Part shown: positions 42,442 through 51,370 of the stretch, piece by piece
How the letters are laid out: every line of letters begins with the position of its first letter
Numbering within the stretch: position 1 is the stretch's first letter
From: Myxococcota bacterium
Lineage (GTDB): Bacteria; Myxococcota_A; UBA796; CAJQPC01
Direction of reading: 5' to 3'
Length of the DNA stretch: 64,000 nt
NCBI GenBank assembly: GCA_036012755.1
Contig: DASCPX010000047.1
Span: 1-64,000 of the forward strand
The notes under the pieces: generated by a model
The model's input: the letters and a program-made list of their open reading frames with translations, nothing else
What the model was told of the DNA's origin: nothing
Databases searched by the model: none
Position numbers and translations under genes: made by a program

Positions 42442-42993
42442 TCAGCCCCTGTCGTCCACCGGCACCACCTGGGTCTTCGCGATGCGGTCACCGAGCCGGC
42501 GGCCCGCTGGGTCAGCAACGATCAGGCCGAGGTCCACGAGGATGAACAGGAAGACCGCCATGAAGCCGAAGGTCCCGAAGGGGTCCGGCAGGATGGCCAG
42601 CGCCCAGCAGGCGATGTAGGGAGAGTTCCTCAGGATCGCCTGCTTCGTGCTCGCCGGCGCGCCGCTGAGCGCGTCCACGATCCGGGTCTTGCCGACCCGC
42701 TTGCCGATGCTGTACTTGCCCGCGTCGATGTCCTTGACGGTCATGTAGATGGCGTTGAACAGGCTGGCCAGCATGCCGCTGATGAAGGCGGTGAAGGGCG
42801 ACAGCGCGATGCCGATCACCTCGATGACCGTCAGGATGAAGAACTCCAGCCCCGCTCCGCCGAGCCGGCGCTGCATGTTGGCCTTCGGTAGCTCCAGCGC
42901 GGTCTTCTCCTCGCCCCGGTAGTCGCAGGTCGTGTTCTGGCAGACGCCGTTTCTGCTCAGCGTCTGGCCACACATCGGGCAGTTTGAAGGCAT
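42442..42993 (-). CDS. RDD-family membrane protein with N-terminal Cys ribbon
   Basis: CPMC..CQNTTC; RRLGG, SIGKR, ILRN, RRLGDRIAKTQVV. Confidence 0.85.
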   Translation of the reverse strand: MPSNCPMCGQTLSRNGVCQNTTCDYRGEEKTALELPKANMQRRLGGAGLEFFILTVIEVIGIALSPFTAFISGMLASLFNAIYMTVKDIDAGKYSIGKRVGKTRIVDALSGAPASTKQAILRNSPYIACWALAILPDPFGTFGFMAVFLFILVDLGLIVADPAGRRLGDRIAKTQVVPVDDRG

Positions 42994-43035
42994 GGGCGGA
43001 TGTTACGCCGTGCCGGTCGCCGACGACACCGGTCC

Positions 43036-44379
43036 ATGGGCTCCGTGCTGCTGCTGCTTCCTACCCTGGCGTTCGCCGAAGACGCCGAGACCAGCTTCTC
43101 GCTGGGCTCCTATGGCCGGGTCCAGGCCTCCACCGACCTGTCGGGGGGGCGGGGAGAGGCCACCAACATCGTCGCCTTCGGGCCCCGTCTCGAGGCGGAC
43201 CCCTACGCCGAGATCGACCTGGGCTTTCGTCGCGAGGCCAGCGACCAGGCCACCTTCCGCGCGCTGTTGACCCCGGCGGTCTCCGGGGACCCCTTCCACT
43301 ACGACGGCCAGTGGGAGGCTGATCTCGCCCTGCGCAACCTCTTCGCGGAGGCGACCCTGGCGACGGGGCCCGGTCACACCACCCTGTGGGCGGGCAGCCG
43401 CATGTACCGCGGAGACGATGTCTACCTGTTGAACTTCTGGCCGCTGGATAGCCTCAACACCTTCGGCGGTGGGGCGGGCTTCCAGACGGATGACCTCGAG
43501 CTCCACGCTCACGTGGGCTTCAACCGCCTGAGCTTCGACGACTGGCAGGTCCAGACCTGGGCCCGCCCGGAGCCTGGCGGCGTCGGTGAGCAGGACATCA
43601 TCGTGCTCGATCGGCAGCGGCGCATCGCCTCCTTGAAGGGCTCGATCCTGCGGCCGGTCGGTCCGGTGACCCTGCGGCTGAAGGCCTATGGCGAGCTGCA
43701 CCAGCTGCCAGAGGGTGTGCGCATCGTCGATGACCGCTTCGAGGAGGAGCTCCCGGCGGATCTCGGCAGCCTCGTTGGCGTCCAGGTCTCCGCCTGGGGC
43801 TGGGCGGAGGACTCCTATGTCCACCTCTTCTACAAGCACGCCACGGGGCTCGCTGCCTTCGGTGAGCTGACGGTTCCCCAGGACGGCCTCGCCACGGACT
43901 ACACGACCAAGGCTGCGAGGGAACACCTCGTGGCTGTCGCCGGGAACCACGAGGTCGGCGAGATCCTCAGCATCGCCGCCGGGGGCTACGTCCGCAGCTT
44001 CGTGGACGCTGATGGTCAGGACCTCGACGTCGACGACCGCTGGGAGCTGGCGGTCTCCGCCAGGCCCACCGTGCACATCGGCCAGCACGTCGGCATCGGG
44101 CTGGAGGCCAGCCACCAGTGGCTGCGCCCCAACGGCCTGAACCCCCGCACGGAAGAGCACGACATCCCCCAGGTCACGAAGATCTCGGTCCTGCCGATGG
44201 TCACTCCGGCGCCGCGCACCTTCTCCCGGCCGATGGTGCACCTGACCTACACGATGTCGATCCTCGACGAAGACGCCCTCGACTGGTTCGACCCCCTGGA
44301 TGCCCGCGCCCAGCAGAGCGTCCACCACTTCGTGGGCCTCGGGGCCGAGTGGTGGATCAACAGCGAGAGCTACCGCTGA
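43036..44379 (+). CDS. LamB/maltoporin-like carbohydrate porin
   Basis: RNLFAE, WAGSRMYRGDDVYLLNFW, C-terminal GLGAEWW. Confidence 0.8.
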   Translation: MGSVLLLLPTLAFAEDAETSFSLGSYGRVQASTDLSGGRGEATNIVAFGPRLEADPYAEIDLGFRREASDQATFRALLTPAVSGDPFHYDGQWEADLALRNLFAEATLATGPGHTTLWAGSRMYRGDDVYLLNFWPLDSLNTFGGGAGFQTDDLELHAHVGFNRLSFDDWQVQTWARPEPGGVGEQDIIVLDRQRRIASLKGSILRPVGPVTLRLKAYGELHQLPEGVRIVDDRFEEELPADLGSLVGVQVSAWGWAEDSYVHLFYKHATGLAAFGELTVPQDGLATDYTTKAAREHLVAVAGNHEVGEILSIAAGGYVRSFVDADGQDLDVDDRWELAVSARPTVHIGQHVGIGLEASHQWLRPNGLNPRTEEHDIPQVTKISVLPMVTPAPRTFSRPMVHLTYTMSILDEDALDWFDPLDARAQQSVHHFVGLGAEWWINSESYR

Positions 44380-44449
44380 GGTAGTCGGCACCTGTAAGAC
44401 CCGGGATCCGTCCGCCGTTGTCCTCGCGACGACACAGGAAGGATTCCAC

Positions 44450-46387
44450 ATGAGCCTTCTCCCCCTCCTCGCGCTGGCCAACGCCGACAGCACTACCCTC
44501 GAGCCCTTCCGGAGCTGCGAGGCCTACGACGACGCTCTCGTCGAGGCCATCACCGATCAGCTCGCGTACCAGGACTACTACTACGGCTACTACGGCATGC
44601 TCGGCGGCGTGGCCACGATGGCGAGGGAGTCGGCTGCTCCGTCCGTCTCGGGCTCGGCGGGCGCGGGACCGAGCTCCCACACCACCACCAACGTGCAGGA
44701 GCAGGGGGTGGACGAGCTCGACTTCGTCAAGACCGACGGCAAGTTCATCTACAGCCTCAACGGGCAGGAGCTCGCCATCGTCCAGTCCTGGCCGGTCGAC
44801 TCGGTCGAGAAGATCGGCAGCTTGACCATCGAGGGCCAGCTCAGCAGCCTCTTCCTCGACGGCGACCGCGTCGTCGTGATCTCACGGCTCTACGACAACG
44901 GCGGGTGGGGCTACGGCGCCGGGACGCGGGCCACGGTCGTGGACGTCTCCGACCGGACCAGGCCGCGGGTGATCCGCACCCTGGACATGGAGGGCTCGAT
45001 GACCCAGGGTCGCCTCATCGGCGGCAAGGCCTACTTCGTGCTCAACGACTCCGCGCAGGTCCCCCAGGACATCTGGAACCTCGTGTACGCGGGTGAGCTC
45101 GAGCTTCCCCTCGTCGACTGGAGCTCCGAGCAGAGCCGGCAGGACAGCGTCCAGGCCCGCAAGGACATCCTCCGTCCCGCCATCGCCAAGCGTCTCGCGA
45201 CCCTGGACCGCAGCGAGCGGCTCCCTGCCTACACCGACTCCCTGCCCGGCTGGATGCCCAAGACCGGGACCCTGGTTGACTGCGAGGACATCCACTCCGA
45301 CGGCAGCTCCCGCCAGCCGGGCTTGCTCAGCGTCGTCAAGGTCGACCTGCGCGACATGACCAAGGCCCCAGAGGGCTCCGCGGTCGTCGGCAGCGGCTGG
45401 AACGTCTACGCCTCCACCGACTCGCTCTACGTCGCCCAGAACAGCGGCAGCTGGTGGTGGTGGGGCTGGGGCTGGGGCGGCGGCACCTGGGATCCGGGCA
45501 CCGACCTGCACAAGTTCGACCTGCGAGGCGACAAGCCCGCCTACCGGGCCAGCGGCCACGTGGACGGCTGGCTGTTGAACCAGTTCGCGATGAGCGAGCA
45601 CGAGGGCAACCTGCGCGTCGCCGCCACGGACGACGACTGGTGGTGGGGCAGCGGCAACACCGGCGCCGGCTCCAGCGTGACCGTGCTGCGCGACAACGGC
45701 TACGGCGACCTCGTCGTCACCGGTCGCGTCGAGGGCATCGCCCCCGGCGAGCAGATCTACGGCGTGCGCTTCGACGGGGACCGCGGCTACCTCGTGACCT
45801 TCCGCCAGGTCGATCCGCTCCATGTCATCGATCTCTCGGATCCCAGCGAGCCGACGGTGCGCGGCGAGTTGCAGATCCCCGGCTACAGCTCCTACCTCCA
45901 CCCGATCGAGGGCGGCTACCTGCTCGCTGTCGGCATGGACGGGGATTGGAATGGACGCCTCAACGGGCTGAAGGTCAGCATCTTCGACGTGAGGGACATG
46001 GACCGCCCCCGAGAGGTCCAGAAGTACACGGTCACGGGCGACGACTGGTCCTGGTCAGAGGCCCTCTACGACCACCACGCCTTCACCTACGCCGACGGTG
46101 TGCTGTCGATCCCGACCTACACATACGACCAGACCGACTGGACCTACGAGGCGGGACTGCTCGTGCTGGACGCGGACCCGAGAAAGGGCATCTCCGAGCG
46201 CGGCCAGGTCAGCCACAGCGACCTCGCCGCCCCTGGCAGCTGGGTGGCCGTGCGGAGGTCCATCTACATCGACGACGTGCTCGTCAGCATCAGCAACGCC
46301 GGCATGAAGTTCTCGAGCCTCGCGAAGCCTGGCCACCAGCTGGCCTCGCTGAAGCTCGAGGAGGGCGTCAACAGCTACTACTGGTAG
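44450..46387 (+). CDS. Secreted beta-propeller domain protein
   Basis: TTNVQEQGVDELDFVKTDG, NQFAMSE, TFRQVDPL, GELQIPGYSSYLHP. Confidence 0.88.
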   Translation: MSLLPLLALANADSTTLEPFRSCEAYDDALVEAITDQLAYQDYYYGYYGMLGGVATMARESAAPSVSGSAGAGPSSHTTTNVQEQGVDELDFVKTDGKFIYSLNGQELAIVQSWPVDSVEKIGSLTIEGQLSSLFLDGDRVVVISRLYDNGGWGYGAGTRATVVDVSDRTRPRVIRTLDMEGSMTQGRLIGGKAYFVLNDSAQVPQDIWNLVYAGELELPLVDWSSEQSRQDSVQARKDILRPAIAKRLATLDRSERLPAYTDSLPGWMPKTGTLVDCEDIHSDGSSRQPGLLSVVKVDLRDMTKAPEGSAVVGSGWNVYASTDSLYVAQNSGSWWWWGWGWGGGTWDPGTDLHKFDLRGDKPAYRASGHVDGWLLNQFAMSEHEGNLRVAATDDDWWWGSGNTGAGSSVTVLRDNGYGDLVVTGRVEGIAPGEQIYGVRFDGDRGYLVTFRQVDPLHVIDLSDPSEPTVRGELQIPGYSSYLHPIEGGYLLAVGMDGDWNGRLNGLKVSIFDVRDMDRPREVQKYTVTGDDWSWSEALYDHHAFTYADGVLSIPTYTYDQTDWTYEAGLLVLDADPRKGISERGQVSHSDLAAPGSWVAVRRSIYIDDVLVSISNAGMKFSSLAKPGHQLASLKLEEGVNSYYW

Positions 46388-46397
46388 CCCTCGGGTC

Positions 46398-48845
46398 TCA
46401 GAGCTCGACCTGTACGACCATGCCCAGGGGGGCCTGGTAGGTCGTGGTGTTGTAGAAGTCGCTGTAGGTGTCGCCGACAGAGCCCAGGTCGTCGTAGCTG
46501 GATGCGTAGGCGTAGCCGTAGGCCTCGCCGAAGCCAGCCTCGGTGTTCGTGCTCGCGGTGTCGAAGTAGTAGGTCGTCGTCGCGCAGTCCATGGCCCAGG
46601 CCAGGGCGTAGTAGGTGCCGCTGGTGACCTCGTAGTCCACCGAGACGCTGTGCCAGCCGGCGCTCGTGGAGAGGGTGTCGCCTGTGTCCTTCCACTCGAC
46701 GACCCAGCCGCTCAAGCTGGTGGGGGCGGTGGCTCTCGACAGGATGTAGTAGTCGATGGTGCAGCCCGACGTGGACCCCGACGCGTAGACCTCGAAGGAG
46801 CTGATCGTGTCGTCCGTGTCCGCGAGGAAGGTGTTCGCCCAGACGTCGGTGCCCGTGCTGCTGGAGGTCGTGCCGCCCAGGTCGTAGCTGCTCACGCAGC
46901 CGTCGTCGTCGCAGACGAAGCTCTCGTCGTCGGCGAGGCCGTCCCAGGTGTCGCCCTGCCAGGAGAGGTCGTTGTCCGAGTTGTCGAAGTCGCAGTCGGT
47001 CGCGGTGAACTCGGCTCCGCTGGAGGTGGTGTAGACCGCGCCGTAGGTGGTGTCGCTGCTGCCGTTGGTGAAGCCGAGGCCGGAGACCGTGTCGTCGCCG
47101 ACGCACTCCACCGTCGTGTTGGTGTAGAGGTAGCCGCCGGAGATGCCGCCGGCGGCGGTGTTGCTGTCCATCTCGGTGTCCTCGATGTAGAGGTCCGAGC
47201 CGCCGTCGCTGGACGCGTAGGCATAGAAGATGCCGCCGTACAATGACGCCGCGTTGGACTCCAAGAAGGAGTCGTAGAACTCGACCGAGGCCTCATCCAG
47301 CCAGATTGCGGCTGCATAGCTGGCCGTGTTGTTCGAGACGGTGACGCCGTCGAAGGTCCCGGTGCACTCGTAGATGGCGATGCCGCCGCCCAGCTCGGCG
47401 TCGTTGCTGTCGAAGACCACGTTGTCGGCGCTCACCGTGCTGGCGCCTGTGCAAGCGAGGCCTCCACCGCCCTCCCAGCTCGTGCTGGTGCCGAAGATGC
47501 CTCCGTTGTCTCCCGAGCCGGCCTGGACGGTCAGGTCGCTGATGCTCACGGCCACGCCGTCGGCGTCGATGTCGATGACGGTCCCTGTCGCGGCGCCGTC
47601 GAGAACCACCGCGGTCTCGTCCCCGGAGGCCCCGACGATGTCGACGTCAGCCTCGACGTCGAGGTTCACGTACCAGGTGCCGTCGCAGAGGTTCAGCGTG
47701 CCGTCGGTCGACAGGGTGACGTCCGCCGGCGTGGAGGACGAGCCCGTCAGCGTCGAGGTGTAGTCGGTGGTCGCGCTGCCGTCGTCGAAGAGCGCCGTGC
47801 CGTCCTCGCTGGTCGAGCTGTCGCAGTCGTCGTCGACCCCGTTGCAGGTCTCAGTGGCGCCGGGGTTCACGCTGTCGTCGCTGTCGTCGCAGTCGTCCGC
47901 GACGTCGACGTAGCCGGAGGGCTGGTCACAGGTGATGGTGCTCGTCGCCGGTGTGCCGTAGCCGTCGCTGTCGCTGTCGAGGTACCACTTCGTCACGTCG
48001 ACGGCGTCGTCCTCGTCGATGTCCCCGTCGCAGTCGTCGTCGTGGCCGTCGCAGTACTCGTCGGCGTCGGGGTTGGTGTCCTCGTCCGTGTCGTCGCAGT
48101 CGTTGCTGTTGTCGGTGAAGCCGGAGGGCTGGTCACAGGCCACGTCCGTCACCGCCGAGGAGCCGAAGCCGTCCTTGTCCTTGTCGCCGTACCAGGTCGA
48201 GGCGTCGACGGCGTCGTCCTCGTCGATGTCCCCGTCGCAGTCGTCGTCGTGGCCGTCGCAGTACTCGTCGGCGTCGGGGTTGGTGTCCGCGTCCCCATCG
48301 TCGCAGTCGGTGTCGTCCTCGACGAAGCCGCTGGGTGCGTCGCAGGCGTCCTCGCTGAGACCGGCGCTCCCGAAGCCGTCCCCGTCGCCATCGGCGTACC
48401 AGGTCGTGGCGTCGATCGCGTCCTCGTCGATCTCGCTGTCGCAGTCGTCGTCCTCGCCGTTGCAGACCTCGTCCGCCCCGGGGAACTGCAGGGCGTCGCC
48501 GTCGTCGCAGTCGTCCGCGTTGTCGCTCGAGCCCGATGGGGCCTCGCAGGTCCACTGCTCGTCGCCTGCGCCGTAGCCGTCGCCGTCACCGTCGACGTAG
48601 GAGCTCACACCCGTCGAGGTGTCCACGCTGTCGTCGTCGTCGTCGACGAGCTCGTCGCAGTCGTTGTCGATCCCGTCGCAGACCTCTGCCGCGTCGGGGT
48701 TGATCGCAGCGTCGTCGTCGTTGCAGTCGTCTTCGACGGTGTACCCGTCCTGGTCCGCGTCGGTGGGGCCGGTGACGCCGCTGTCGCCGCTGTCGTCTCC
48801 GGCGGGGGTCTTGTTGCAGGCGAGGGCGATGAGGATGGTGAGCAT
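46398..48845 (-). CDS. Surface lipoprotein with five MopE-type Cys/Asp repeats and a beta-helix-like region
   Basis: Repeated DCDD-x5-P-x3-ExCxGxDxDCD; GGGI/NNTA beta-helix-type motifs. Confidence 0.88.
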   Translation of the reverse strand: MLTILIALACNKTPAGDDSGDSGVTGPTDADQDGYTVEDDCNDDDAAINPDAAEVCDGIDNDCDELVDDDDDSVDTSTGVSSYVDGDGDGYGAGDEQWTCEAPSGSSDNADDCDDGDALQFPGADEVCNGEDDDCDSEIDEDAIDATTWYADGDGDGFGSAGLSEDACDAPSGFVEDDTDCDDGDADTNPDADEYCDGHDDDCDGDIDEDDAVDASTWYGDKDKDGFGSSAVTDVACDQPSGFTDNSNDCDDTDEDTNPDADEYCDGHDDDCDGDIDEDDAVDVTKWYLDSDSDGYGTPATSTITCDQPSGYVDVADDCDDSDDSVNPGATETCNGVDDDCDSSTSEDGTALFDDGSATTDYTSTLTGSSSTPADVTLSTDGTLNLCDGTWYVNLDVEADVDIVGASGDETAVVLDGAATGTVIDIDADGVAVSISDLTVQAGSGDNGGIFGTSTSWEGGGGLACTGASTVSADNVVFDSNDAELGGGIAIYECTGTFDGVTVSNNTASYAAAIWLDEASVEFYDSFLESNAASLYGGIFYAYASSDGGSDLYIEDTEMDSNTAAGGISGGYLYTNTTVECVGDDTVSGLGFTNGSSDTTYGAVYTTSSGAEFTATDCDFDNSDNDLSWQGDTWDGLADDESFVCDDDGCVSSYDLGGTTSSSTGTDVWANTFLADTDDTISSFEVYASGSTSGCTIDYYILSRATAPTSLSGWVVEWKDTGDTLSTSAGWHSVSVDYEVTSGTYYALAWAMDCATTTYYFDTASTNTEAGFGEAYGYAYASSYDDLGSVGDTYSDFYNTTTYQAPLGMVVQVEL

Positions 48846-48890
48846 TCCGGGTCCTTCGAAGTGATGGCCCGACGGCTTTACCGCGCGCCC

Positions 48891-49843
48891 TCAGAGGTTG
48901 CACCCGTCGTCGCAGCTGAAGGTCTCGTCCGCCCCGAGCCCGGTGTGCTCCGTGCCGTTCCAGTCCACGTCGATGCCCGTGTTGTCGAAGTCGCAGTTCG
49001 TCGCGCTGAACTCCGCGCCGCTCTCGTTCCAGGTGAAGATCACGCCGTAGCTGGTGTCGGTGCTGCCGGTGAAGCCCAGGCCCGTGCTCGATGGGTCGCC
49101 CACCACTCCACCGAGGAGTTCTTGGAGATGCGCCCCCCGGGCATGCCGGTCGTCGCCGTGTTGCCGTCCATCTCCGTGTCCTCGAAGTAGATCTCCGAGC
49201 CGCCCCCCGAGTAGTAGCTGTAGGCGTAGAAGACCCCGCCGTAGACGGCCCGGTTCGTCTCGATGAAGGAGTCGTAGAACTCGGCGGAGGCGTCGTCGGT
49301 CCAGATGGCGCCGCCGTAGCTGCCCGTGCTGTTGGACACGGTGACGTTCTCGAAGGTGACGCTGCACTCGTAGAGCCCGATGGCGCCGCCGTAGCTGCCC
49401 GTGCAGCTGTCGACGACCACGTTGTCCAGGCTGACGTCGCTGGAGCCGGTGCAGTCGGTGCCCGGTGCGACCCAGCCAGAGTAAGCCTCGCAGGCCTCGC
49501 GGCTGTCCTCCGGGTCGCCGAAGCCGTCGTCGGTCTCCGAGCTCTCGGAGGGCCTCGCGCAGGCCCACAGGAGGACTCCTGCGCCGAAGCCGTCTCCGTC
49601 TCCGTCCGCGTAGAAGCTCACCCCCGAGGTGGTGTCGAAGTCGTCAGCGTCGTCGACGAGGTCGTCGCAGTCGTTGTCGACGCCGTCGCAGACCTCGCTC
49701 GCCTCGGGGTGGATCGCGGGGTCGTCGTCGTTGCAGTCGAGGTCCGAGGCGAAGCCGTCGTTGTCCTCGTCCGACACGCTGGTGGCGCTGTCTTCGCCGG
49801 GTGTCTTGTTGCAGGCGATCGCGATGAGGGCGGCGAGCAACAT
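48891..49843 (-). pseudogene. Shortened, frameshifted paralog of the MopE-repeat protein
   Basis: Shares ACNKTP start and beta-helix block; 1-nt loss at 49104-49105 (TG where the paralog has TGC). Confidence 0.75.
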
Positions 49844-49884
49844 CTCGGCTCCACGGAGGCGGCCAGAGCCTACCGCCCGCGGGC

Positions 49885-50445
49885 TCAGTCGTAGGTCAGG
49901 GTGTCCAGGGCGTTGTCGAAGTGCTCCGAGCCATAGCCCGGGCCGCGCCAGACCAGCAGGACCTGGCCCTTGCGCTCGGGCATGAAGCCGAAGACAGCGG
50001 AGCCGGTGCCGCCGGCGTGGTCGAAGTCGAAGTAGCCGGCCTTGCCGCCGCCCATGGCGAAGGTGCCGAGCTCCACCCGCCGGTAGCCCGAGATGCTTCC
50101 GCGCAGGTTGCCCTCGACCAAGGCACCCAAGACGGAGATCTCCGTGCTCGCGCCAGCCTGATCGCGAAGGTCATAGCTCACGGCGCTGACCCCCTCGACC
50201 ACGTTCAGGTCCTGCTGGCTGGTGAGCATGTGGATCACCAGCAGCTCCTCTCCCGGGCCCTCGAGCCGAAGGCCCGCGACGCCGCCGTAGGAGTAGACCG
50301 TGGCGTCCTCCATCGACCAGGACGGGGGCACCTCGAAGTCCACCCCGACGTCCGCCAGGCTCGCGGAGCGCGGCCAGCCGAACCAGATGAGCGCCAGGAG
50401 TCCCCCGATGACCCCGATCCACTGGACGACCCGGGTGCGCTTCAT
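49885..50445 (-). CDS. Membrane-anchored hypothetical protein
   Basis: MKRTRVVQW plus TM; start overlaps hydrolase stop. Confidence 0.7.
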   Translation of the reverse strand: MKRTRVVQWIGVIGGLLALIWFGWPRSASLADVGVDFEVPPSWSMEDATVYSYGGVAGLRLEGPGEELLVIHMLTSQQDLNVVEGVSAVSYDLRDQAGASTEISVLGALVEGNLRGSISGYRRVELGTFAMGGGKAGYFDFDHAGGTGSAVFGFMPERKGQVLLVWRGPGYGSEHFDNALDTLTYD

Positions 50446-51284
50446 ACCAGCGCCTCGGCGAAGCCGCGGAGCTCGGACGCCACCTCGTCGGGCCGCTCGG
50501 TGAAGGGGCTGTGGCCCCAGCCCTCCGGACGGCACACCTCTGCATGGGGTAGCTGCTCCCGGTAGTAGGCGAGATCGGCGTCGGCGAGCAGCCGCTCCTG
50601 CAGGCCCCAGTAGAGCCGCGTCGGGGCGGCGATGCGCTCGAGGATCTCCGGCCCCAGGAAGTCGTGCTCGCCCATGCGATCGATGAACTGCCGGATGTGG
50701 TCCTTGTTGAGCTGGTACCTCACGACATGGGCCACCAGCCACTCGAGGGGCACGGGCCCCGCGAAGAGCTTTCGGCAGAAGGCGACGCTCTCTTCGTGGG
50801 TGCGCACGAGCCAGTTGCCGGTCATGCGCTTGAAGTTCTCCAGCGGCGTGACCGCGCCTCCGGGCGAGGCCACGAACAGGCCCCGCACCTTGTCTGGGTG
50901 GCGGGAGGCGAACTGCATCGCCGCGTAGCCCCCGAGCGAGTTGCCGAAGACCACCGCGGGCTCGTCGAGGAGCTCGTCGACGACCTCGCAGAGGGTGTCG
51001 GTGACCATGGGGCCGTCGATGCCCTCGTCCGGGTAGTGTGACCAGCCGTGGGCGAGCAGGTCGGGCACGATCACGCGCCGGAAGTGCGGCAGCAGCCGGG
51101 GAACGAAGCGTCGGTAGTGGGTGCTGCGGGACGAGAGCCCGTGCATCAGCACGAGGTCGGGGAGATCCCCCCGGCCCGGTCCGTCGAGGACGTGCAGGGG
51201 GCCATGCGAGGACTCGACGTAGCGGGACCGCAGGCCGAGCCATCGCAGCCACCGCAAGCTGAGCCAGTCGATCAGCGGGACCAC
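50442..51284 (-). CDS. Alpha/beta hydrolase
   Basis: LMHG, PDLLAHGWS, GNSLGG nucleophile elbow, GH catalytic His. Confidence 0.92.
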   Translation of the reverse strand: MVPLIDWLSLRWLRWLGLRSRYVESSHGPLHVLDGPGRGDLPDLVLMHGLSSRSTHYRRFVPRLLPHFRRVIVPDLLAHGWSHYPDEGIDGPMVTDTLCEVVDELLDEPAVVFGNSLGGYAAMQFASRHPDKVRGLFVASPGGAVTPLENFKRMTGNWLVRTHEESVAFCRKLFAGPVPLEWLVAHVVRYQLNKDHIRQFIDRMGEHDFLGPEILERIAAPTRLYWGLQERLLADADLAYYREQLPHAEVCRPEGWGHSPFTERPDEVASELRGFAEALV

Positions 51285-51370
51285 CCCCCTTTCATCTCAC
51301 GGAATCGAGGGGGCGTCCACGTGGATTCTCTGTGCTGTCCGGCGAGGACGTCGGTCGATATTGGTCCGCC

